Below are positions 50,150 to 64,000 of a DNA stretch of 64,000 bases, piece after piece. The notes below the pieces were generated by a model. That model had not been told where the DNA came from and did no database searches. It saw nothing but the letters and a program-made list of their open reading frames with translations. Positions within the stretch are counted from its first letter, which is position 1. Each line of letters starts with the position of its first letter. This stretch comes from the human T2T-CHM13v2.0 reference genome, Homo sapiens: assembly GCF_009914755.1 (NCBI RefSeq), contig NC_060930.1, one strand, 5' to 3'. The position numbers and the translations under genes were made by a program.

Positions 50150-52025
50150 TAGATATAACACCTCCCTCCACCTTCAGTTCACGTGTAGAATGAACAATAT
50201 TTTACTCCCTTTCCCAGACATGTAACTGAGGCCAAATAAATGAGAATACCTATTTCTATAGCCTAGCCGATTGGCTTAACAGAAACAGGACCCTGTCACA
50301 AATAGTGAAATATAATGAAACTTTTGCAACCATTAAAAAAAGATTCGCTCTTTAAAATTGTGTATTATTTAATAATATTTAAGGTATGAAGTTGCTACGG
50401 CCATCTTATAGTGAAGGGCTTGAAATGGAGGCAACACTGAGATATCAGCTGAGAATTAAAGAAACCAATTCTTAATGATATTATTTGAATTCAACAAAAG
50501 GTTATGTATAAACTCAGTCAAGTAATGATCCAGGTTCATGAGTCTATAGGATCTACTATCTATCTATGATTTATCTATCTGTCTAATCATATATCTATAA
50601 TTTGCCTAAAAAGGTTTTCTATCCCTTGAAAACAGAAATACCCTAACTGATTCAGACATTCAGAAATAGGATGCTAAATATAACATTCTAACAAGTAGAC
50701 ATCGATTGTCTGGAATCAGATAGAATGCAGAATGTAACTCTGTAGTCTGGGCTGAATATTGACAATCCTTTTTATGCAGTAGAAAAAAAAATTAAACGCA
50801 TGTCTTTAGCTTTTGGGGAAACGGATCTTGGGAATTCCAGTGCTCTAGCATTAGGTGATTTCATAGGATACATTCAAGACATTGGAGTATGATGGATACC
50901 TCTTTCCAGCTTCAATAATATTGCATGAGAAAGTAATTAATTTAGAGAGGAAAGACATTACATTTTTAGTAAGACAGTCCTCTTCTGTCTGTTTATAATC
51001 TGGGTGGGTACAGGTACAGTAATTTGGTTTGGAAGAGAATAACTCTTTATCCTAAGCTGAAATTATTGTTAGCAAAGGCTGGGAGGTAGGATACACAGCA
51101 AGAAGAAGGATCAGATATGGTAGAAACCTCATCCACTAGCCACTGCGTGGCCAACTACAACCCATATGTCAGATTTCACACTAGGCCTTCTCGCATACTG
51201 CTCACAGGTAATAATGTATTTTATATTTTTAAAGTGTAAAATGAAACAACAAAGAATATTGTCAGAAACATTTCATGGCCAGCAAACCCTAAAATATTTA
51301 TTACCTGACCTATACTTTAAAAGTCTGCTGATGCCTGCAGGTCTCTGTTGAGAACCTCCTGTTTGGCTTTCTCTATCAGATGAAGGGAACAATCGCTCTT
51401 GTTGACAAGATGCAATTGGAATGCACCCATAAGGAAAGGAATATATTAGTCATTCTTTCCCATGCCAATATATTTTTTCCCCAACACTTCTAAAGCAGAG
51501 GCTAAGATTGACAGCATCTAAATCAGGGCCTCCAGATCAGCAAAGTATTGAAGCCACAGCTGCTTTCTGGGAACTAAATATTTCTACAGAGTCTTCTATA
51601 TTTAAAAGCCCAACAGGCTTTTTTACATTCATTAATGGCCTATGAAGTTTAAAATGTGGGAATTAATTAAAACCATATTACTTTCTAAAGAAGATATTGT
51701 GTGAGAAAAACTTCAAGTTTGGACAATATTAATGTAATTAAGTATCTGATTTCTCAAATAGGTGATAAAAGGAAATGGGCCTGGAAATGGACCCCGGCAG
51801 AAGCATTCTGCTGAATGTCCATCTCCAGTGTGGTCACAGAGCATAACAGACATGGTAGATTCTCTCAAAAATTAAAGCCAGTAATTGCAAGACTGGCTGG
51901 TCTAGAAACTAAGTTCACTCTTAGGAGAATGTTTCATCTCATTTCTGTCCTGCGTAACTGGATATGTGCTGTGGCCTGGTGACTACCATGTTGTTTCCTA
52001 TAGGCCCTGTTTTCCAAATGAAGTT
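50150..52025 (+). mobile_element. MLT1 provirus: 5' LTR (about 50150-50654) plus internal sequence
   Basis: LTR end ccctaactgattca followed by MLT-int-like text (gtgctgtggcctggtgactaccatg). Confidence 0.6.
51141..51337. mobile_element. MER58-like hAT DNA transposon
   Basis: ggccagcaaaccctaaaatatttattacctg...aaaagtctgctgatgcctg. Confidence 0.8.
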
Positions 52026-52033
52026 ATGTCTTT

Positions 52034-52342
52034 CAACATTCTGACACTTGAGGAATCTGAGTGTGGATATCTCGATGTCTATCCTAGTCCAAGTTTATTG
52101 ATTTTCATAGATATGTAAATTAATGTGTTTCATCATATTTGAGAAGTTTTCAGCTATTATTTCTCCCAAAACTTTTTCTGCTGTTTTTTTCTCCAACATT
52201 CTGATTCTTGAGGAATCGGAGTGTGGATAGCTCAGTGTCTACCCTAGTTCAAGTTTATTGATTTTTGTAGATATGTAAATCAATGTGTTTCATCATAGTT
52301 GAGAAGTTTTCAGCTATTATTTCTCCCAAAACTTTTTCTGCT
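52034..52342. repeat. Tandem duplication, period 160 bp
   Basis: Copies start at 52034 and 52194; 12 mismatches over about 149 aligned bases by manual count. Confidence 0.95.
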
Positions 52343-53955
52343 TTTTTCCCTCTCCTCTCCTTCTTGTATTCCTGTTATATGTTGCCTAATATTCATCATA
52401 TATGCCGCATTTCTTTGAGAGAATGTTCATTTTTCTCCATTCCTTCTTCTCTCTCTTCTTCACATTGCGTAATATTTATCTGTCTTTCAATTTACTGATT
52501 CTATTTTCTGCCAGCCAAACTACTCCTCAGGATCTCTAGTAAAGTTTTTATTTCTATTGTGCTTTTCAATTCCAGGATTTCCATTAGATTTTAAAACAAT
52601 TTCTATCTTTAATATACCCTATTTAATGAGACATTGTCATCATACTTTCTTTTAGATCCTTAAACATGTTAATAATAGGTTCTTGACATAATTGTCTGCT
52701 AAGTGTGGCACCTGGATATACTCAGAGACAGTTTCTAATGCCTCACTTTTTTCACATGTATGAGTGACACTTTCCTGTTATTTTTCATGTCTCTCTCTGT
52801 ATCTCTCTCTATTTTGCTCGCTCTCTCTCACTCTCTCTCTCTCAGACTAGTTAATTAAAATAACAAATTGGCGTAACTCTGGATATTCACACAGAATTTG
52901 ATATTGTTGCTTGCTTTTCATTTACTTAGTAACTTAGCTGAAGTATTTCAGTGAAGTCTATTTCCTCTGCGGTGCACACCTTCTGATGTCACTCTTAGAG
53001 TCTGCAGTCTTGGTTATGTGCACAGTCAACCTGACCTTGCTTGCTTCCTTGAATGCTAGTGATTTTAGATGGTCTCTCTTTACTTTCTCTTATTTACGTA
53101 TTACGATTCAAGCTGGTTTTCTCTGTTAGTATCACATTCAGTTGTTAGCCTCTACTAATTGCTAGCTTACTATTCCATTTCTTTTGACAACTGCTTTAAC
53201 ATAAATTGCTCTATACTCTGATATAATTAAATTCAAGCTCCCTTGTAATGGTAGTCTTCCTGGTTTTTAAACACCAGGAGGACACTTCTTAGCTGTCTCT
53301 TTCCCTGGTTCTCCACATTAAACTTTTCAGCTGATTTCATGTTTCAATTGTTGCTACCATGAAACAAACAGCATCCTCTTAATGGTTCACCACTAAAATC
53401 TTCACTCTTTTTAACTGTACCCTTAGGATTCAACCTCCTCACAATCTGTCCCAATTAAAGTCAGTCCCTTAGGGAGAGGTACAGAGCTCTATGTTCCTGC
53501 ATCTTTCTCTGAACCTGCATCTTTCTCTGAACAGAAACTCTGTGCTACTGCTTTGGAGCTGGGGGCAGGGACAGCAGCACACATAGAGTGATACCCTTAT
53601 CGTATGAGTGAGACACTTGTGGGGATGAAATTCCCGTGACTTATTCGCTTGCCTCTTCTAGTGTGCAACCTTAGCCCTATGAATAAGTTGGGGTGAGGGC
53701 ACTTGTGGCCTAATATTTTTCAACTGCTGTATATGTAATTGAGTCATGGGTCAAATGTCACAGACTCTCATTTTTCTTACTGAGATTTAGTAGCTTTTTA
53801 AATTAAAGTTTTATCCATATGTTGTATGCCCTTATGACAATTTCTAGAGACTTAAAACTGTTCGTAGTGTATTTTTCAAAAATAATTTTCACCAGTTATG
53901 TTTTTTCCACTGGGGAGAGCCTTCCCAGAGCAACTTGATCACCATTTTGGAAGTC
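52034..53955 (-). mobile_element. Old L1M 5' UTR/ORF1 fragment
   Basis: Antisense ORF1 (gagaagttttcagctattatttct) and 5' terminus accattttggaagtc. Confidence 0.75.
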
Positions 53956-53974
53956 ACAGTCCCTGGACATGACA

Positions 53975-54213
53975 TTTTGAACTATAGCGGCCATCTTCTG
54001 CTTGGAGGGAAAACATTGTCCATCCCCAACATAAGACATAAGAGAAGATGGAAAGTATCTCAGAATTTTCAAAATTGATGTCAAAATTGGGCCGCTGCTC
54101 AACTCTGGAACTGTTCACTTTTTAGTTTATCGTAATATTAGTTAATTAAACATTCTCATTGTTTAAGCCACTTTTGGCTGGTATTGTATTTCTTGTAGTC
54201 AAAAGTATTCTGA
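53975..54213 (+). mobile_element. MLT1 LTR 3' half (likely 3' LTR of the 50150 provirus)
   Basis: gcggccatcttctg...cattgtttaagccactttt...cttgtagtcaaaagtattctga. Confidence 0.65.
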
Positions 54214-54778
54214 AAAAAGAGTTTTGTGATGCTTCAAGCATGCTGAAAACCAAACTTAGAGAGAACATGAATCAGAATTGCAATGTTGGAATCTTGGATT
54301 GGGAGAACCAAGAAAGCCATAAAGACTATGAGGAGACTGATAAGATAGATCATATTAAAACAGCTCAACTGGTATCAATAATTCAAGGATGCTCCTAATT
54401 AATTCTGTTCTCAATTTAGTTGGAATTTTTATTTCTTCCAAAAGCTGGAATATATTATGACTTATTAACTAGCTTTAAGCAGATTCCACTTGCCTTGCTT
54501 TGAATATCTTTTCCCTACAGATTCTAGATCCTAATTTTTAGTTTTCACTGATTTTTTCATACTCATCAAAGTATAATTAGCTCCTTCACACAACCTGGAC
54601 TCTCCAAAGAAAAGTAATATTATTACAATAAAGAGAGAAACCCTTTTCTTATATGGAGCATTGAAAAACAAAAATAAAATTGGCTTAAAATGTATACAGA
54701 GGTATTCTAATATATACAGTATACATAAAGTATTCTCTTACTTGCTTCAGTGGAAGAAAATGTAAAAAAAAAACTTAC

Positions 54779-55150
54779 TATCCTAATTTTTTTTTAGATT
54801 CTAAGAAATTGAAAGTATTTCTGATTGCTCTTTGAAACATCTGTTTATCTTTTCCAATTGAAAAAAGGATAAAAATTTTCTATTAATCTACTTATGATGG
54901 AAGTACAGAATCTGCGTTTGATACAATTCTTCTTTAATTTTTGCAAATGAACTCAGAGATTGCTCCATCAGTACATATTTGCAAATATTAAAAATAAATA
55001 CACAATAAATAATGCATATTTTATTGTTTTCTACCTCCATCTCATTTGTTTCTCAGAACCATGTCTATCAGGCTTCCAAAAGGTATTTCTGAGTGACATG
55101 AATTTCATAAATACAATGCAGAAAGCACACTGGGAAAATGTTTTGTGGTC
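54779..55150 (-). pseudogene. Exon-like block(s), RGS-like domain
   Basis: Acceptor tttcatttaaag|, donors GAG|gtagaa (55035) and ATA|gtaagt (54779); AFCIVFMKF..TFW; ISEFICKN*RRIV...MFQRAIRNTFNFLESK. Confidence 0.55.
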
Positions 55151-55598
55151 CTTTAAATGAAAGCAGCTCATTGTAAAATGTATTTATTCATATAAATGTT
55201 AAAATATTACAATGCAGTCTTTACTGATACTTAAATGAAATTGATTCAGTGAAAGTGAAAATTAGAAGTAGTCACGCATAAAGCAATAAACACAAACAGA
55301 AAATAATATGAACTTAAAAATATACAGTATATTATATCATTTCTGAGTTTAAAAAATCTCAATAATGACTTTAAAAATAATGTGCTAACATTTATTGACT
55401 ATTCATTTTATATTTGTTCACTATCTTTCTTAATTACTTTACAAATGTGATGTCCAAGGGATTTATATATTTACATATTAAAATCCATTATTGTAAACAT
55501 TAGGAAAATATTATTCACTGGTAAATGTGAAAAAAAGTATTTTCTATGAAAGTAGGCATAAGAATTCAAAATAATTGTTTAAATTCCACAGACTTCAC

Positions 55599-55686
55599 CT
55601 GAGTCTCTTCCGCTAAATCTGCCTGATCTTATTTGAGTGACAATTAAGACAGTTGTCAGTAAAAGCATAAAAGCTTCATCACTACT
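55599..55686 (-). pseudogene. Exon-like block (88 nt)
   Basis: Acceptor tgttttcataaaag|, donor CAG|gtgaag; VVMKLLCFY* (V..LL..YW-like). Confidence 0.45.
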
Positions 55687-58142
55687 CTTTTATGAAAACA
55701 ATGAGGTTCAGGAGAAAGAGCAAATGGCTAACTAGATGTGCCTGGTGCTCATCCTCCCTGAAAAACAAAAAAAACACAAACCAAAATTATGAATGAATAA
55801 CTATAATTTGACTGGGGTGTTTGAAGGAAAGTGCTGCACTGTAGCAAGGGAGTGATGAAATCTCTGCAGAACACGACAACCCAGGATGACAGCACAGACA
55901 GGGGAGCAAAGGACCCTGCCTCTGCTTTCCTATTTTCCCTACCAGAACTGACTTGGAGCCAGGAGGGACTTCTCTTTGCAGGGAAAAAGTAAGCTGGAGA
56001 CAACCAGCAGGCTCCATTGTCACCATGGACACCTGTAGTTCTCATTTCAGGAGAATTCTACAGCCCTCACATGCCCTGACCCAAATTTGGGGAGCTTCCT
56101 GGAAATCATATAAGTGTATTGTTCTAGAGTAGGAGCCCATTTTGTGTACCACCCAACCTCATGACCCAAGCTGCTACAGCATGGTGCCATCTTGAAACCA
56201 GCGCAATTGCTGGAGTGTGCCTTGCTTTGAGAGCAAGTAGCCATTGTATTTCTCCATTTCTGAGGCTCCACTGTCATTCCACTACACTCTCATGGGTGGC
56301 TGCAGCACTATGATTCTGGCTGATCAGAGACTAGGCCCAGTGGAATGGCCATAACTCTGGCACCCAAGCCCATGCAGCACCCTGCTCCCCCAAGGAACAG
56401 GTGGTATTGCATAGTGAGAAAGCCACCCCTGAGCCAGCTGAATTATTGCATGCATGCCCTTGGCCTGAAAGTCCTGAAAACCTAAATGGCTCTACCCTTG
56501 AAAAGCCCACCTGTAACAAGCTCACCCCTGAGCCAGATAACCTGCTGTGCATGTATGCCTCTGACCTGAGAACCAGCCCAATGCCCTGCTCTCAGCAAAG
56601 CCACACTACTACTGCCATGAACTCCTGCAGCCTAGGTCACTTAAGCACTTACAGACATCACTGACAAGGGTTACAGCTGAAGAAACTACATGGAGACTAC
56701 ACTACTCTTTCCACCCATAACCAAAGCCAATGCACCATACCCAACCAACACCCTAGAACCCATTTAAAGGAAAAAGTTTATTCATATGAAAGTTACTCCA
56801 TAAAATTGAAATAGGCAACTGTTCCACCAGATGCACAGAGATCAACAGAAGTACACAACACACCAAGAAAAGGCAAGGAAATATGATACCCCCAAAAGAC
56901 CACAATAGTTTTCTAATAACAGATAGCAAAGAAAAGGACATTTGCTAAATGTCTAAAAAGGAATTCAACATAATGATCTTAAGGAAACTAGGTGAGATAT
57001 AAGAGAATACAGATTAAAAATATGCAATAATATCAAGAAAAAATTCATTATGAGAAATTCAACAATGACAACAAAATAGATTATAAAAAAGAACCAAAGG
57101 GGAGTCTTGGAGCTGAATAATTAAATAAAAACTAATAAAAAATGTGATTGAGAGTTTCAACAACAGACTGTAAAAGGCAGAATTTCTGAACTTGAAGGCA
57201 GGTCCCTTCAAATAACCAGTCAGAGGAGGAAAAAGAAATAAGAATAAAAAGAATGAAGAAAGACTACAGGACTTATGGGACACTATTAAGTAAACAAATA
57301 CTTGCATCATGAAATTTCAAGAGGGAGAAGAGATGGAGAAAACCTGTTTAACAAAATAGTAGCTAAAATTGTCCCTAGTTTTGACACAGATACGAACATT
57401 TAGATCCAGGAAATCCAAAATTCCCCCAATAGATTAAACCCAAAATTGTCCTCTCAGAGGCACATTATAATAAAACTGTCAAAATCCAAAGACAAAGAGA
57501 GAATTGTAAAAGCAGCAAAAGGAAAATATCAAGTTGCATATAAAAGAATTCTCATTAGATTATCAACAGATTTAGCAAAAAAATGATAATTATGATCATG
57601 AAAATAGGTGAAAGTGTAAAACTCACTAGTACAGGTAAATTCATAACAAAATTCTGAATATGACAGAACTATAATGTAGGTATGTAAATCTTTCAAATTT
57701 GTATTATGAAGGCTAAAAGTCAAAATAATAAAATATAACTATAGCTACAATAAGTTGTTAAGAAAAATATAACACAAAGATACAAATTAAGGCAAAAAAA
57801 AAGTTGTGGACAAAATAGTAAAAATTTACAGTATTTTTATGTGACCAAAGTTAAGTTGTTGTTGGCTTAAAATATTCTATTTTGTAACTACAAGATTCTT
57901 TAAGAGCCCTATTGCAACCACAAAGAAAGAAATTGCAGCAGATGCATGAATAAGAAAGAGAAAGGAATCAAAGTTTAGCACAATAAAAAAATCACAATGG
58001 TAAAATACAAGAGGGAAAGAAAAAAATAACAGATCTACAAAACATCCAGGCAAAAATTAACAAAATAGAGAAGTGCTTATGTATCAATAATAACCTTGAA
58101 TGTAAATGGATTAATTTATCCAATTAAACATACAGAGTGGCA

Positions 58143-58447
<305 letters not shown>

Positions 58448-59959
58448 CTACAAGAGACTCATTTCATTTGTAAAGACACAGATAGACTGAAAGTGAAGGG
58501 ATAGACAAAGATACTCCATGCAAACAGAAATCAAAATTGAGCAGCAGTAGCTGTATCAGATAAAATAGATTTCAAATAAAAAACTCTAAAAGGAGACATA
58601 ATTCTGTAATAATAAACAGATCCATTCAGCAAGAAGATATAACAATTATAAATTTATATGCACACTAAACTTGAGTATTCAACTATATAAAGGAAATAGT
58701 ATTAGATCTAAAAGGAGAGATAGATGACATTATAATAGTAAGGGACATTAATATCCCACTTCCAGCAATAGACAGACCATCCAGTAAGAAAATCAACAAA
58801 GAACAGCAAATTTAAACTGTACTGTAGGCCATATGAACCTAATAGAGATTTGAAGAATATTCTATCCAAAAGCTGCAGATTATACATTTTTCTCAATTGC
58901 ACATGCAGAATTGTTCAGGCTAGGTTATATATTAGGGCAGGAAACAAGTCTTAACAAATTGAAGAAGATATAAATTATATCAAATATCTTTTCTGACCAC
59001 AATGATTTAAAATTAGAAATCAATAATAGGAGGAACTTTGGAAATTTCATGAATATATGGAAATTAAACAATAAGCTTCTGAATAACCAATAGGAAAATA
59101 AAGAATTAAAGCAAAAAAATAAATTTCTTGAGACAAACAAAAATGAAAACAAAAATCTACTAAAAACTATGAAATACAGCAAAAGCAGTTCTAAGGGGAA
59201 AGTTTACAGCAATAAATCCCTACCTTAGAAAGTAGAAAGATTTCAAATAAACAACCTAATTGTGCACCTCAAGGAACTAGGAAAACAAGAACAAACTAAA
59301 GCCAAATTTAGTAGAAAAGAAAAAAATAGAGCAGAGATAAATAAAATAGAGACTACAAAAATACAAAACATCAACAAAAGGAAAAGCTGGTTTTTTGAAA
59401 AGATAAAATAAATTGACAAAATTTTAGCAAGATTAACGAAAAAAGAAAGATTAATAAAATCAGAGATTATAAAGGATGCATTACAACCAATACCACAGAA
59501 ATACAAAGCATCTTGAGAGACTTTTATGAGCAAACATATGTCAACGAATTGGATAATCTAGAAGAAATGAGTAAATTCCTGGACACATGTAGCCTACCAA
59601 CACTAATTTATGAAGAAACAGAAAATCTGAACAGACCAAAAACATCTGAGGTAATTGGATCAGTAATAAAAACTCCCCCATAAAGAAAAGGCCAGGACCT
59701 GATGGCTTCACTGCTAACTTCTACAATAATTTGAAGAACTAAGATCAATTCTCCTCAAAATATTCCAGAATATTAAAGAAGATAATACATTCCCAAATTT
59801 ATTTGATAAAGCCAACATTACCCTGAGACCAAAACCAGCAAGGACACAACAGATAAATCTACAAGTCAATATTCTTAATGAATATAGATGCAAAAATCCA
59901 CAACAAAACACTTGCAAGCTGAATTCAACAGAACTTTAGAAAGATTATTTAAAAGGTCA

Positions 59960-60286
<327 letters not shown>

Positions 60287-62789
60287 TCATGATAAAAGCT
60301 TTCAGCAAATTAAGTATAGAAGGTTTATACCTCAACACAATAAAGGCCGTATATGATAAATGTCAGCTAACATATACTAAATAGGGATAAGTTGAAAGCT
60401 TTTCCTCTTAGATCTGAAATAAGACAAGGATCCCCACTTTGGCCACTTTTATTCAATATAGTACTGGAAGTCCTAGCCAGAACAAGTAAACAAGAGAAAT
60501 AAATAAAAGGCATCCAAATTGGAAATGAGAAAGTCAGATTTTTCCCTGTTTGCAGATAGCATGATCTTATATACAGACAATCCTAAAGACTCCACACGGA
60601 AACTATTAGAACTAATAAACAAATGTATAAGTCACAGGATACAAAATGAACATACTAAAATCAGTAGCATTTTATATTCTAATAGTGAACTATCTGAGAA
60701 AGAAATCAAGAAAACAATCCCAATTACAAAAGCTACAATAATCTAAGGTACCTAGCAATTAGTTTATCTAAGCAGGTGAAAGATTAGTAAACTAAAAACT
60801 ACAAAACCTTGGTGAAAAAAAATCGAAGAAGATACAAATAAATGGAAAGATATCCTGCGTTCTCAATTGGAAAAAATAATACTATTAAAATGTCTATACT
60901 ACCCAAAGCGATCTATATCTTCAATGTAATCCCTATCATATTCCAATGACATTCCACATAGAAATAGAAAAAAGAAACTAAGATTCATATGGAACTATAA
61001 AAGATCCCAAATAGCCAAAGCAATTATGAGAACCAAATTTAAAACTTGAAAGTATAATACCACTTGACTTCAATATATAATGCACAGCTACAGCAACCAA
61101 AACATATATATTGAAGATATATTTATGTATTGACATAAAAGACACATAGACTAATGGAAAAAAAATAGCCCAGAAATAATTCTACACTTCTACAGCAACT
61201 AATTTTTGACAAAGCTGTCAAAAACACACTTTGGAGAAAGCACAGTCTTTTTAATAAATGGTTCTGAGAAAATTCAATGTCCACATGCAGAAGAATGACA
61301 ATGGACCCATATCATTCACCATATACAAAAATCAGCTCAAAATGGCTTCAAGAGTTAAATATAAGACATTAAACTATTAAACAAACTATTTATAGTTAAT
61401 GTCTATTTATAGTTAATTTATGTTTAATGTCTTAAGACATTAAACTATTAAAGAAAATAGAGGAAATACTTTTGACATTGGACAGGGATTGGACAGGGAT
61501 TTTTTTGGACAAGACTTTAAAAGCACAGGCAACAAAAGCAAAAGTAGACACCTGGGACTGTATCAATCTAAAAAAGCTACTGGACATCAAAAGAAACAAC
61601 CAACAGAGTAAGGATACAAATTATAGAATGAGATAAAATATTTGCAAACTACATATCTGGCAAACGGTTAATATCCAGAACGTATAAGAAACTCAAACAA
61701 TTCAATAGCAAATAATAATAACAATCCGATTAAAAATGGGCAAAAAAATAAACATTTCTAAAAGAACACATACAAATGGCCAACAGACACGCAGAAAAAA
61801 AATTCAGCCTAACTAATCATTAGGGAAATGCAAATAAAAACAATAAAATATCACTTCATTCCAGTTAGAATGGCTATTACAAAAAAGACAAATAATAAAT
61901 AAATGTTGGAAAGGATGTGGAGCAAAGGGTTCCCTTGTCCACAGGTGGTGGGAATGTAAATTAGTACATTCCTCAAAAAATTGAAACAAGAACTACCATC
62001 TGATCCAACAATCCCACTGCGGAGTATATATCTGAAGAAAATGAAATCAGTATGTAGAAGGGATATCTGTACTCCCAGGACCATTGTAGTACTATTCATA
62101 ATAGCCAAGATATTAATAGAATCAACTTAAGTGTCCAACAATGGATAAATGGATGAAGAAAACGTGGTATATATACACAGTAGAATGCTATTTAACATTA
62201 AAAAGAATGAAATTCTGCCATTTGTGACAATATGGATGAAGTTGGAGGATATTATGTTAAGTGAAATAAGCCAGACACAGAAAGACAAATACAGCATGTT
62301 CTCCCTCATATAGGGAATCTAAGAATATTAAAGTCATAAATAAAACAGCTCTTACCTTTCCAGAGACCGGGCAAGAGGAGTGGAGGGATGGGGAGAGCAT
62401 GGCCAATGTGTACAAAGTTACAAGTACAAAGGAATAATAAGTTCTGTTGTCCTATCGCACATTAGAGTGATTATAGTCAACAAGAGTATGCTGTATATCT
62501 CAAAATAACTAGAAGAGAGGATTTTGTATGTTCCCATCATGAAGAAATGACGAATATTTGAGATGATAGATATGCTACTTACACCAATTCAATCGTATCA
62601 CAATGTATATATGCATTGAAATATCACATTGATACATATGCATAATTATATGTCCATTTAAAACTGAAATTAAAATAATTAAAAAAGAAATCAAACACAT
62701 AAAATAGTTTTTTTATTTTAGTAAAATGAAGTATCAAATTAGCATGCGTATTTTAATTAAAAGAATATTACATAACATTAATTTTTTAC

Positions 62790-62975
62790 TAGAATTTTAT
62801 GTTCAGATTTCTTATGAGTTTGCATTGTTCTTTTTCTGTACTATGGTTGTCATTCTTTAAAACACATTTTGAAACCAAATGTGACGCCAGAAAATTCAAT
62901 TAAAAAGACAAAATTGCTCACATCGGCCCAGAAATGTTATCTTCAATGTCACAAGTCACTCTAACCTCCCCACAC
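62790..62975 (-). pseudogene. Exon-like block (186 nt), RGS-like
   Basis: Acceptor ataatccctag|, donor CTA|gtaaaa; DIEDNISGPM*AILSF*LNFLASH...STEKEQCKLIRNLNIKF; overlapping shifted frame HFWADVSNF. Confidence 0.5.
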
Positions 62976-63080
62976 CTAGGGATTATGCAGAATCCTGAGG
63001 ATTACTTACAGTATATTTATTTTTATTTCTTCTATCTTTAGAAAGGTAGTGATATTAACATTAATATGCCTCTGGTCTAC

Positions 63081-63317
63081 TTATGGAATTTTGTAAGCAA
63101 AAGACTAAGTCATAAAAATCTAGGGGATAATTATGTCTTGCCAAATGTTATACATATTTCCTCTTTTATAAACATTTGCTATGCATAGAATAAAATCATT
63201 CATATAAAATAATTAAATATAGTCCCTGTGATAAGTGCTGAGATAGGTGAATTGCATGAACATAAATTATGCAGCCTATTAGTAAAGTTTTAAGACCAAT
63301 CTTCTGTTACCAAACAG
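63081..63317 (-). pseudogene. Exon-like block, RGS-like (donor uncertain)
   Basis: Acceptor gtttgtgtatttgtag|; IGLKTLLIG / FTYLSTYHRDYI*LFY..DF...KRGNMYNIWQ. Confidence 0.4.
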
Positions 63318-63537
63318 CTACAAATACACAAACACACATACACATACACACACCTGAAAATACTTATTTTAATGTATTAAAGTAATGAACTCTCACTAAT
63401 GTGTCTTGAGAAGGTTTGTTTTGAAACCTCATACTGATATCTTTCTTTTGTTTTATAATTCTAAGGTATTTCTTTAAAATGTTAATAGTTCTCTTAATTT
63501 TCTGTGAACCACCTTGTCTCTCTTCTGTTAACATTAC

Positions 63538-64000
63538 CTCCTTCTTCCAGAGAGTAGAGATTCCCAGGCTTTAATTGACCTTACATCTCATCTGTGAACA
63601 TTCTAAACTCTGTATTTTCAATAACTTGCCACTGAAAAGTTTCAAAAATACATTTGTCTCTGTTTATTTGGTTGTCTTTTTGTTCTCAACCCATTGCACA
63701 AATAAGTTTCCTTTCATGACATCAATGTGTCCTTCTAATTTGTCCTTTCTTCTCTCCCTAAAAATGTTGTCAATATTTTTTTTTATTTTAAATATAATAC
63801 AAAATTCTTCAAGGTTATCATCTCATCGCCACAATCCTTTTTAATGCCCAATTATAAAAGCCTGAAGCTCCTTATCATTGCTTGAGTATTTAGTAAATTA
63901 TCACAGTCTTCTCTAACAATGACTATAGACATCCCCAGGAAGTGTTAACATGTTCCACAAACGTGTCCTGGCTCACAGTTGCATTCTTAGCTGGCTCTCT
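63538..64000 (-). pseudogene. Large exon-like block, RGS22-like domain; 5' end outside window
   Basis: Donor GAG|gtaatg; SNDKELQAFIIGH*KGLWR*DDNLEEFCIIF...RERRKDKLEGHIDVMK/ETYLCNG. Confidence 0.6.

Overview
AT-rich primate (human/great-ape type) genomic DNA, identified by AluJ/S/Y, L1PA/L1M, THE1/MST/MLT1, MIR, MER and Tigger elements. Most of the window is nested, decayed transposon sequence, including five near-full-length L1s, two MaLR proviruses with internal sequence and 15 Alus. No intact protein-coding gene is present; most ORF-track entries are repeat-derived or chance frames. The main observation lies in the non-repeat islands (about 1-900, 9.4-9.9k, 25-33.6k, 46.8-47k, 54.4-55.7k, 62.7-64k). 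They carry about 20 minus-strand exon-like blocks, most with AG acceptors and GT/GC donors. Their stop- and frameshift-ridden translations repeatedly show RGS (regulator of G-protein signalling) domain motifs, e.g. LHFWLVA...|VKCKK/IAELYL, LCLWA*RERFKKL, NDKELQAF..LWR*DDNLEEF..MK/ETYLCNG and FQRAIRNTFNFLES. I infer an ancient, intron-containing, multi-RGS-repeat (RGS22/RGSL1-like) pseudogene that runs through and beyond the window. The family assignment was made by eye against remembered motifs and needs profile or tblastn confirmation. Repeat subfamily names are also by-eye calls, and most repeat boundaries are approximate.
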